24,000 bases of DNA from Halorussus limi (lineage in GTDB: Archaea > Halobacteriota > Halobacteria > Halobacteriales > Haladaptataceae): positions 1,791,626 through 1,815,625 of the forward strand of contig NZ_CP096659.1 of NCBI RefSeq assembly GCF_023238205.1, read 5' to 3'. The notes below the pieces were generated by a model. It ran no database searches and was not told the DNA's origin. It was given only the letters and a program-made list of their open reading frames with translations. Position numbers and translations under genes: made by a program. This document shows, piece by piece, positions 7,379 to 14,791 of this stretch. Every line of letters begins with the position of its first letter. The first letter of the stretch is position 1.

Positions 7379-9385
7379 CTATATCCCGGTCAGGTCGAGG
7401 TAGCCATCCTCCGGGATGTCGCCGTCGAGCATGTAGAGGTACTCGTTGCTCTTCTGCGGGCTCGGACCCCGGTTCACCAGCCCGACATCCATCAGGGTGG
7501 AGAGGAACTGTCGGACGCCCTGTGGGCTGTCGTGCGTGCCGGATACGCTGACGATCTCGGTCGCGGACGACGCCGGGTTCTCACGGAGGTAGTTAACGAC
7601 GGCCTTCTGCTTCTCGGTGTACTTCGTCGGGGTGCTGATCGTGGTGTCCACCATCCCGTCAGGAATCATCGACGTGCGGACGAACACGAGTGCCCGAGGA
7701 GAGTCGTCTTCACGTGCGTACCGACCGATCGCCTGAGCGGTACTGTTCTTCCGGACTGCGTCAAGGATTTTCTTGGCTTTGTCGGCGTCGGGACCTTCGA
7801 ACGCACGGCCGACTCGCTCGGGGTTGCCTTCACAGACGGGGCATTCGTCGCCGCCGCAGTCAGGGCCGCACAGCGTCAACGGTGCGGCGTCGAGACCACG
7901 GGCCGCCAGCAGGTCGAGGACGTAGTCGTCGCCCGGGTCGATGGAGTGGGTGACGTAGCCGAACTTGTGGTGGGAGAACGCGCCGTTGCTTTTCGTACTC
8001 CCACGGGGCATGACCTCTTCGCCGTCGACGAGCTGTTCGACCATCGGCTCCATCGCGTTCGTGGAGATGACGGATTCGAAGTCGTCACCGTACTTGTAAC
8101 GGAGCATCTCGAGCGTGATTTTCTCGGCCGTCTCGTCGACGTTGTGGGTCACGGCGTAGTCCGAGGAGGCGGGTTTGGCCCCGGTGCCGATCTGGACGAC
8201 TTCCAGCCCTCGCTCGTTGACCCGCCACTGGGTGAACGCCTCGTCGTCGATGAACGTGTCGAACTTGATGCCGTCGCCGATGTTCATCCGCCACTCGTGG
8301 ATCGACGGCCAGGCGTCGAGACAGATGATGCTCCGAGCGTTACCCATCTCGGGGATGTCCCAGTACGCTTGCGGCCGGTTCTCGTTGTCGACGACGACCG
8401 TGATTCGGTTGCGACTGTAGCGGAAGTCATCGTCGTCGTTCGCGTCGAATCGGGAGAGTTCGTTGACCGCATATCCAGACCGCCGGCCGTGCGACCCGGG
8501 CTCGTCGTTGAGTGCCCGGTACATGGCCTTGGTGAGTGCAGGCGCCAGTGTGTGGGCGGAGTCGTTCTCGATGAACCAGTCGGGGTCGATCTGGGGTGGG
8601 TCGTCGAGCACCTCGTAGAGCGATTCGAGCCCATCGTCGGCCATCGTGACGAACATTTCCCACGTCTTCACGGGGGCGTCGATCTTCTTGAGCCACGCCG
8701 TGACGATGTCCTGGAACTTCGCCCGTGTCATGTCGTCGTTGTTCCGGTCTCCGATACTCCGCTTGAAGCTGGGGAGCTCGTCCCAGATCATGTTCACGTC
8801 CTGGACCAGGCTCGGGACGTAGGCGAAGTTGTGCTGGGCGTGGACGACGTCCACGGCCGGGTCTCCGTCGTCGTCGCGAGGAATGTCCGACCACTGTTCG
8901 ATGGAGGGGCACGGACAGCACGGAAGGTCGCCGTCGTTGTAGTCTTCGAGGTACTGGTGAGTCTTGCTGAGCGTGTTCCCCGACTCCTCCATCTGCTTGT
9001 GCATCCACTCGCTTGCCGGCTCACCAGTCGGAGTGTTCACGACGCCGTCGTAGTCGCCACTGTAGGTGTTGCACGCTTCGCCGCGGCCCAGGAGACGGTG
9101 GTAGTCGATGTCGTGAGCGTTGCTCTTCCTGACCGCTTTGTCCCGTGCGTCGGTACTGTAGTGGAGGTGGACGACGGGCTCGTCGCCAGTGGCGTGGGGG
9201 AGCTCCGTCCAGTTGGTCGTCGCACCGTTGTACGTTTTCCCGGTTGAGGTAGGTGCGACCATCACCGTGAACGCCCCATTCGACATGTATTCACGGATCT
9301 TTCTCGTGAGCTTCGACTGGAGCTCTTCGGTGGTTGGCCAACCGGAGTCGTTAGAAAGTACATCTAGCCCGGTCGCCAGCGACAT
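7379..9385 (-). CDS. Divergent SF2-like helicase/ATPase, likely plasmid/virus replication protein, with C-terminal wHTH-like region
   Basis: 668 aa; Walker A-like 'VAPTSTGKTYN'; 'MIWDELPSF' Walker B-like; 'AQAIGRYARED' motif VI-like; Cys clusters 'LPCCPCPS' and 'CGPDCGGDECPVC'; C-terminal 'TEKQKAVVNYLRENPASSATEIVSVSG..' HTH-like. Confidence 0.7.
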   Translation of the reverse strand: MSLATGLDVLSNDSGWPTTEELQSKLTRKIREYMSNGAFTVMVAPTSTGKTYNGATTNWTELPHATGDEPVVHLHYSTDARDKAVRKSNAHDIDYHRLLGRGEACNTYSGDYDGVVNTPTGEPASEWMHKQMEESGNTLSKTHQYLEDYNDGDLPCCPCPSIEQWSDIPRDDDGDPAVDVVHAQHNFAYVPSLVQDVNMIWDELPSFKRSIGDRNNDDMTRAKFQDIVTAWLKKIDAPVKTWEMFVTMADDGLESLYEVLDDPPQIDPDWFIENDSAHTLAPALTKAMYRALNDEPGSHGRRSGYAVNELSRFDANDDDDFRYSRNRITVVVDNENRPQAYWDIPEMGNARSIICLDAWPSIHEWRMNIGDGIKFDTFIDDEAFTQWRVNERGLEVVQIGTGAKPASSDYAVTHNVDETAEKITLEMLRYKYGDDFESVISTNAMEPMVEQLVDGEEVMPRGSTKSNGAFSHHKFGYVTHSIDPGDDYVLDLLAARGLDAAPLTLCGPDCGGDECPVCEGNPERVGRAFEGPDADKAKKILDAVRKNSTAQAIGRYAREDDSPRALVFVRTSMIPDGMVDTTISTPTKYTEKQKAVVNYLRENPASSATEIVSVSGTHDSPQGVRQFLSTLMDVGLVNRGPSPQKSNEYLYMLDGDIPEDGYLDLTGI

Positions 9386-9672
9386 TATTCTCCCCCGAGT
9401 TTGCGTTCGAGCTCCATCCGCTCGTCAAGACGGTCTTGGAGGAAATGGCTGAGATTGACCCGCTCTTCGTACAGGAACTCATCGAGATTCTCACCTATGC
9501 GAATCGCCTTACGCTCCATAGGGGCCTGGCGTTTTTTGCGGCTTGATGGAAACTCCTCCCCCTCCTCATACCACGTTTTGATTTTATCCCTGGCCCACGA
9601 GCTGAAGTTGAGGTGCGTATCTTCGACGAAAGCCGCTTGGTCCTCACGTATCGTAACAGATTTCCGAACCAT
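9385..9672 (-). CDS. Tandem ribbon-helix-helix-like DNA-binding protein
   Basis: Two similar units 'VRKSVTIREDQAAFVEDTHLNFSSWARDKI' and 'ERKAIRIGENLDEFLYEERVNLSHFLQDRL'; stop overlaps the next start as TAATG at 9385. Confidence 0.65.
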   Translation of the reverse strand: MVRKSVTIREDQAAFVEDTHLNFSSWARDKIKTWYEEGEEFPSSRKKRQAPMERKAIRIGENLDEFLYEERVNLSHFLQDRLDERMELERKLGGE

Positions 9673-9684
9673 GTGTCTGTGTTC

Positions 9685-9930
9685 ATACGTAGTTTATTGT
9701 ATTACTTATAATTATTTTATATATCATATCATGTTTGGTTGGTAGAGTGGTATTCTACTTCAGTAGTTACATGTATTCCCGGATGGATTAAAGGACAGAA
9801 TCCACCGTTTACCTCCCCAGAGGATTGATTGCTACCCAGCCGGCGGATTCTGGTCCTGGGGACTATTTCCCCATATGGATATTGACACCTAGAAATTATA
9901 ATTATTCTGGTATACCACCATACTAGGTGA
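9685..9930. other. Candidate replication origin/regulatory region
   Basis: AT-rich noncoding stretch upstream of the RHH-helicase pair; 11-bp direct repeat TTATAATTATT at 9706-9716 and 9896-9906; imperfect inverted repeat GGACAGAATCCACCG (9793-9807) / CGGCGGATTCTGGTCC (9841-9856). Confidence 0.4.
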
Positions 9931-10133
9931 TTAGACAATGGATACAGGTGATTTTAACTGTTTGCAGAGATGTTTTGAAGCCGCTCACCCCAGGGGTAGC
10001 AGACCGGAAACTGTATTTATTTCCCTGACATTACTCCGGGCGGCGGCCCGACCCACCTCCAGCACGAACGCGCTTCGATTTACCCCGGTACGTTCACGCT
10101 TCGAGGGCTCCGGGGTATTCCACCAGAGCAGAC

Positions 10134-10153
10134 ATGCCACCAGCAACGGCGGA
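10134..10153 (-). repeat. Dispersed 20-bp motif copy 3
   Basis: Reverse complement CGCCGTTGCTGGTGGCATGT. Confidence 0.75.
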
Positions 10154-10161
10154 TCGCTCCG

Positions 10162-10656
10162 TCAGGGTTGGTCTGCATCCTCGATTACCGCGATGAGCTC
10201 GTCCGCCGACAGGGACGACGGCGCCGACATGTAGTTGATGTCGTCCTTCAGCTGGACGAGTTCCTCCAAGTCGGACTTTGAGAGGGAGTAGCCCGGTTCA
10301 AGGATGTCAAGGGCCTCCGACCAAGTCTCGAACGCCTCGTGTTTCTTGGAGGTGGTGAAGAGGGAACCGCTGGCGACGTGCTCCTCAATCAGCTCACGCA
10401 ACGTGTGACGTTCGTCTCGGCTCGACAACACCCATCGGTATCCTTTGCTGTCGCTCGTCACCGAACCCAACGCGAACCGAGAACGAAATTGATTGAGGAG
10501 GTCTTCTTCATACACACCCATGGTAAGTGAGAAACGCGGGCCGATGTCGAGGTTGTACGCGTACCGGTCGTCGACAGTAGTCGTTAGGTAGAAACTTCCC
10601 TCCCCGGCAATGAATCCGAGGGTGAACGCCAATGACTGATTGTCTAACGCCGTCAT
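10162..10656 (-). CDS. LAGLIDADG family homing endonuclease-like protein, free-standing
   Basis: 'LAFTLGFIAGEGSFYLTT' LAGLIDADG-like motif followed by 'PRFSLTMGVYEEDLLNQFRSRFALG'; likely start MTALDNQ at 10656. Confidence 0.75.
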   Translation of the reverse strand: MTALDNQSLAFTLGFIAGEGSFYLTTTVDDRYAYNLDIGPRFSLTMGVYEEDLLNQFRSRFALGSVTSDSKGYRWVLSSRDERHTLRELIEEHVASGSLFTTSKKHEAFETWSEALDILEPGYSLSKSDLEELVQLKDDINYMSAPSSLSADELIAVIEDADQP

Positions 10657-10887
10657 CACAGGGTCTCCGGACGGAGTGTATGGAACGTCAACCGACGTAA
10701 GTTTTAGCCTCGGTGGAATCACTAACCGCTGATAAATTCTGGGGAGATTTACTGCTATAAGAAATCCCACCTAAAACCCTGGTTTTTGGACGAGGTTTTA
10801 TCTGTCTGTAAAAGCCGTATAAGCACTTCTCATGCCCTGGCACTTTGGCGAATGAGGAAGTTCCAGTCGCCGAACTGTGGTGATGTA

Positions 10888-11232
10888 ATGGCTCAATCAG
10901 ACTGCAACACAGCCGTCGTGATCGACGTCGACACAGACGAGTCGACCGGACAAGGGGTCGCCGAGTTCAAAGAACGGCTTGCAGATGAACTCGCAGAGGA
11001 TTATGATTACTACATCGACGACGAATCACCGATTTACCTCGCTGAGGACATCATCTCTCAGACCCTTGTCGACACGATGGAACTGGTTTGTGCAGACATC
11101 ACCGCACGAACACTACTCGATTGGATAAAGGACCGATCAGAGCAAGAGGGTGAAACGTACATAGTCAACCAGTTTCACCAACTCCGATTTACCGAGATTC
11201 GGATTGAGAATCAAGAAGACGACCGGACATAA
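10888..11232 (+). CDS. Hypothetical acidic protein
   Basis: ORF with typical haloarchaeal acidic composition (MAQSDCNTAVVIDVDTDESTG...); internal ATG at 10888 chosen as start. Confidence 0.5.
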   Translation: MAQSDCNTAVVIDVDTDESTGQGVAEFKERLADELAEDYDYYIDDESPIYLAEDIISQTLVDTMELVCADITARTLLDWIKDRSEQEGETYIVNQFHQLRFTEIRIENQEDDRT

Positions 11233-11261
11233 TCGTTCTCGGAGCAAGCCACCACACGCCC

Positions 11262-11281
11262 ACGTGCCACCAGCAACGGCG
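11262..11281 (-). repeat. Dispersed 20-bp motif copy 4
   Basis: Reverse complement CGCCGTTGCTGGTGGCACGT. Confidence 0.75.
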
Positions 11282-11298
11282 TCTTGACCAACGTGGGG

Positions 11299-11445
11299 TT
11301 AGAGACCAAGGGAGGGAGTCGTGGCCTCGTATTCTTCACAAAACTCCTCCTCGCCGTACCGAGTGTAGAGCGCGACCATGTCGCCGTTGGTGTTCTCGTG
11401 GAGCGCGGTGATGGTGTCGTGTGGACAATGTTCTAGTCGAATCAC
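11299..11445 (-). CDS. Possible 48-aa small protein (GTG start)
   Basis: Manual translation MIRLEHCPHDTITALHENTNGDMVALYTRYGEEEFCEEYEATTPSLGL*; fills part of an otherwise empty interval; not in the ORF track. Confidence 0.25.
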   Translation of the reverse strand: MIRLEHCPHDTITALHENTNGDMVALYTRYGEEEFCEEYEATTPSLGL

Positions 11446-11474
11446 GACGTGAAGCGGTAACCGACGTCGTGATT
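11440..11474. repeat. Perfect 11-bp inverted repeat, 13-nt spacer
   Basis: AATCACGACGT (11440-11450) gaagcggtaaccg ACGTCGTGATT (11464-11474). Confidence 0.8.
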
Positions 11475-11636
11475 ACATGACATCGTTCTGCGACCGGAGT
11501 TGGTCATATTTCCGTCCGTGTACCACGTAGCATCTTCCAGAGACGTCTACGTGAACACTTAACATAATCGACCGTGAAGAAACACGACAGACCTTCGATG
11601 CCTTTGGTCGACAAGACGGAAAGATGGTGAAATACG

Positions 11637-12518
11637 ATGGCTGAAATCGGTGCCCAATGGGACGCCATCGGCCCTTGGTGGGACGATTACGTACAAGAAC
11701 AAGAGAGAGGTCTGATTGAGCTTCGAGAGTTGCTGGAAGAGCTCAATCAGACGTGGAAACAGAGCGGAAGCAAGTTCGACGAAGATCCACTGATAGGCGA
11801 TTGGTCAGAGACGAGTCCGCAAGCTGGTCCACTGCGGACAAACCAAGAGGAAAACTGGTCGCAGTGGCTGGCTCATCTTCTTCGGGACTCAACGGGGGAA
11901 TTCTCCGCCAAGTTACTTGACTCCCACTTCGACACCGCTCCCACTCACGTTCGTTGCGAGCGCGCCTACCACGATGAAGAGCTCCACGATCGACGGGTAG
12001 ACATACTCGCGGAGTTCGGGAGCCAAGGCGTGACGATTGAGGTCAAAATAGGGGACGAGCACTACGAGAAGACGCCACAGACGGCGTACCTGACGGAGAA
12101 GCACCACCAACGAAATCTGGACTGGACACACTATCTGCTTCTCCCAGACTCAAGAGAAGATGCGCTACAAGACGCTTTTAGCGAACGACTGACTGACGAC
12201 GAAAATCGTGAGCCAACAATTACCGCCACGGTGCCGGAAGAACGGGAAATAACTGTCATCTACTGGTCCGAGGTTGCACAAGCCCTCCGCAGAACGCTTC
12301 TCGCCGACATCGAACACAGTACGCACTGGGCCGCGAGCGCCTACCTGTTCACCACGCTAATCGAAGAGCAGATTCTTCAGCTTTACGCGCTTCCCTCGCT
12401 GGAAGACTACCGTACCGCGTCGATCAGTATTTCCGACATTGAACGGCTTCAATCGATCAACCCAGACGACCAAATTCAGTATCTTGACGCCCTCTTGGAG
12501 GAGATTAACCATGGATGA
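11637..12518 (+). CDS. PD-(D/E)XK superfamily nuclease-like protein
   Basis: 'DRRVDILAEFGSQGVTIEVKIGDEHYEKTPQTAYL' fits D...ExK with the downstream Q typical of PD-(D/E)XK_4-type nucleases. Confidence 0.7.
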   Translation: MAEIGAQWDAIGPWWDDYVQEQERGLIELRELLEELNQTWKQSGSKFDEDPLIGDWSETSPQAGPLRTNQEENWSQWLAHLLRDSTGEFSAKLLDSHFDTAPTHVRCERAYHDEELHDRRVDILAEFGSQGVTIEVKIGDEHYEKTPQTAYLTEKHHQRNLDWTHYLLLPDSREDALQDAFSERLTDDENREPTITATVPEEREITVIYWSEVAQALRRTLLADIEHSTHWAASAYLFTTLIEEQILQLYALPSLEDYRTASISISDIERLQSINPDDQIQYLDALLEEINHG

Positions 12519-13101
12519 AGATTTCATCACGAACGGTCTGGAATCGGATCGGTATCTGAAGGCAACGAAACTGGTTCACAGCTTTGAGTCGGAGGTGACA
12601 GAGACGATAAATCAGGTGTGTCGGGAGATTATCGATGTTCATTCCGAGCTCTTCGACGAAGACGTGGATCTCGAAGAGAAAGTGCTGGGCGCAGATGCCA
12701 GCCAAACGTTGGCGACGAACCGAACCGAGTTCGCGATGAACTTCGAAAATGAAGACGGTGACAACCCAAAGCTGAACATTGCTCTGGAATGGGTCGAACC
12801 AGGACAACAAAACGAAGAAGCTGGATTACACGGCGGCTCACTCTGCTACGCAATGTACAAAATACAACACGGATCTGAAGCTCGGTTCGAGACGGTGAGA
12901 GAATGCACAGAGTCCCAAGACAGATGGGACCAGCTCCGATTTGGAGAGGACCAGTGGTATCATTACTCGAAACACGCGCCCGGTATCGTGTACCTCCCGG
13001 TCGAAAGTGGCCAAGAGTTCGTTGACGCTCTCCAGACGCTTAGGAGGCACTTTTCGAAGGAGTACGCACCCTTGATTAGCGAACAAACCCCGTCATCGTA
13101 G
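12511..13101 (+). CDS. Uncharacterised partner protein of the adjacent nuclease-like gene
   Basis: ATG at 12511 overlaps the upstream gene by 8 nt (ATGGATGA); coherent 196-aa ORF, no recognised domain. Confidence 0.65.
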   Translation: MDEDFITNGLESDRYLKATKLVHSFESEVTETINQVCREIIDVHSELFDEDVDLEEKVLGADASQTLATNRTEFAMNFENEDGDNPKLNIALEWVEPGQQNEEAGLHGGSLCYAMYKIQHGSEARFETVRECTESQDRWDQLRFGEDQWYHYSKHAPGIVYLPVESGQEFVDALQTLRRHFSKEYAPLISEQTPSS

Positions 13102-13291
13102 TTCCGTAGCTCGGTTTGAGCCTCGGGAGGTTACTGGGGTTGAGCCGGTGCGAGAGCCGACCTCCGACGCGCGCGCATGCCAACAGTAACACTAGAATGC
13201 CGAAGGGCGTTGAGCCCAATCAGCGTGTAACGTACTCCAAGACCTCTGGTCGGCATGGGTTCACCCCGACGTCGCGGTCGGTGGCTACCAG

Positions 13292-14293
13292 TCAGATGCC
13301 GTTGAGATATTCTCTCCGTAGCTCCATTTTCTCTCGTTTAGTCCGTTTGTCGTAGTGTTTGTCGAGTACGTTGCCGCTCATATCCAGCCGTTCAGATGCG
13401 ACCTCTTTCGGAACATCCTGCTTCCGAAGTGCTGTCGCTGCACCTTTACGGAGCGCGTGGGGTGCAACGCTCGACGGACACTTGCTGGCGGTGTTGTAAC
13501 TCGTCGCTTCACACTCCTGGAGATCCCGATCGTGTGGACACTCGTTCGTGTAGTGGCATGGACGCGTAACTGTGTAGATATTCCGCTGGATTGTCGTGTA
13601 GTGGAGGCGACCTTGCGTCCCACCAAGTAACGGCATCCGTCCGTACTCGTCCTCGACGTATGGGTGATGCATATCGAGGAAGGCGTCAAGGACCGAGGCA
13701 ACGTCGTCGTTGATGTACACGTCGCGCTCGCTCCGCTCTTTATTCTTGAGCGGTGTTTCTTCATCTGGTCTGTGTCGCAGCGAGAGTACGTTCGCCCGAT
13801 TGTCGTAGTCGCCGATGTCTAGACCCGTTAGGGCACTTGCTCGCATCCCCGTGTGCCAGAGGATGTAGAAAGCGGTGTGACGAAGCGTCGCGTACTCGTA
13901 GTCTTCGCAGTATTCGAGAATCATCTCCGCTTCTTTCTGGAGGATGTGCACGTCACTCACGTCTTCACCCAGTTGTATCGTTGGGAGCCGGATTTTTCGG
14001 CCGACGCCTTTTGGGGCGACGTTGATGTCTTCGCAGAACTCGACGAACTGACGAACAGTACTCAGGTGGTTCTTGACGGTCACTTTTGCTACGTCGCCCA
14101 TTAGCCATTGTTTGAACTCTTGGAGTAGGCTTCCGGTGATTTCGTTCATGTCGTCGAGTCCGACCTCGTCGGTCCAGGTGAGGAATTTGTCGAGTCGGTA
14201 CTTGTGGTTCTGAGCGGTTGCCGCGGCGAGTTCTTGCTGCACTTCAGCTAGGTATTCGTTGACCGCTTCTCGCGGTGACGTTGGTTCGAGCAT
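13292..14293 (-). CDS. Tyrosine recombinase/integrase (XerC/D-like)
   Basis: 'WHTGMRASALTGLDIGDY' (catalytic R), 'VAPHALRKGAATAL' (HxxR), 'LDKHYDKRTKRE' (catalytic Y); SAM-like N-terminal domain. Confidence 0.9.
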   Translation of the reverse strand: MLEPTSPREAVNEYLAEVQQELAAATAQNHKYRLDKFLTWTDEVGLDDMNEITGSLLQEFKQWLMGDVAKVTVKNHLSTVRQFVEFCEDINVAPKGVGRKIRLPTIQLGEDVSDVHILQKEAEMILEYCEDYEYATLRHTAFYILWHTGMRASALTGLDIGDYDNRANVLSLRHRPDEETPLKNKERSERDVYINDDVASVLDAFLDMHHPYVEDEYGRMPLLGGTQGRLHYTTIQRNIYTVTRPCHYTNECPHDRDLQECEATSYNTASKCPSSVAPHALRKGAATALRKQDVPKEVASERLDMSGNVLDKHYDKRTKREKMELRREYLNGI

Positions 14294-14337
14294 GGTTGTC
14301 TCCGCAACGCTCTGTGGGTGGGGCTGTACGGGATTCC

Positions 14338-14440
14338 GAGGCCGGAGGCCGAGGTGTGGACGACGCTGAGGGCTTCGCCCGTGGATGCTGAACGCCGGGG
14401 TGCTCGCGGTTGCTGAAAGTGAGCGAGGCCGAAGGCCGAG
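14338..14440. repeat. 16-bp near-identical direct repeats between integrase start and att-like site
   Basis: GAGGCCGGAGGCCGAG (14338-14353) and GAGGCCGAAGGCCGAG (14425-14440). Confidence 0.6.
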
Positions 14441-14460
14441 CGAACCTTCCGAGCAAGCGA

Positions 14461-14492
14461 AGAGGCCCTGGGTTCAAATCCCAGCGAGTCCA
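14461..14492 (+). other. tRNA 3'-end fragment (att-like site)
   Basis: CTGGG-TTCAAAT-CCCAG T-arm then CGAGTCC+A acceptor 3' strand; no matching D-arm/anticodon or 5' acceptor GGACTCG in the ~85 nt upstream. Confidence 0.7.
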
Positions 14493-14791
14493 CTTCTTTC
14501 GGCTCACTTCGTTCGCTCCAGTCGACGGACTCGCTGACCTTCGCGAACGGACCGTATTCGCTTGATTCTAGCGAGTCCACGAGATTTTCGCGACGCAACG
14601 ACGAGTGTTCGCGATTTCTCGCAGTTATCCGCTCACTGTCTTGCGGTTAGAGAGAATTGCGGATTTCCGACTACTGACCGCGCCTCCTCGTTTGGCCGAC
14701 CGTGTTCTTCCTCGACGAGGACGGCGACTGTTGCCAACCGGGCACTGACTTATCACAAACCTTCTTTTTCCTCGCATCTCCGTACAGCGAT

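Larger units (their letters stand above)
1..14492. mobile_element. Integrated plasmid/virus-like element (left end outside window), ending at a tRNA 3'-fragment att-like site
   Basis: Tyrosine recombinase (13292-14293) beside a tRNA 3'-end-like sequence; helicase/RHH replication-like module; LAGLIDADG gene; several nuclease-like cargo genes; visibly lower GC than the right part of the window. Confidence 0.65.

Noticed and set aside
7259-9247. 662-aa plus-strand ORF opposite the helicase gene
   Set aside because: Antisense shadow of the 7379-9385 CDS; Val/Arg-rich translation without domains.
9938-10234. 98-aa plus-strand ORF MDTGDFNCLQRCFEA...
   Set aside because: No recognisable domain, Ser/Arg-rich, overlaps the 3' end of the LAGLIDADG gene and contains motif copy 3; insufficient support.
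14293-14492. Complete (possibly intron-containing) tRNA gene ending at 14492
   Set aside because: No 5' acceptor strand GGACTCG or D-arm found in the upstream ~200 nt, so only a 3' fragment is supported.
1-14500. CRISPR array or diversity-generating retroelement
   Set aside because: No regularly spaced repeat-spacer pattern, Cas proteins or reverse transcriptase motifs seen in any frame; the four 20-bp motif copies are kilobases apart.
14244-14507. Minus-strand ORF MSRKKWTRWDLNPGPLRLLGRF...
   Set aside because: 'KWTRWDLNPGP' is the antisense translation of a tRNA T-arm/acceptor end, a well-known spurious ORF; the region is the att site.
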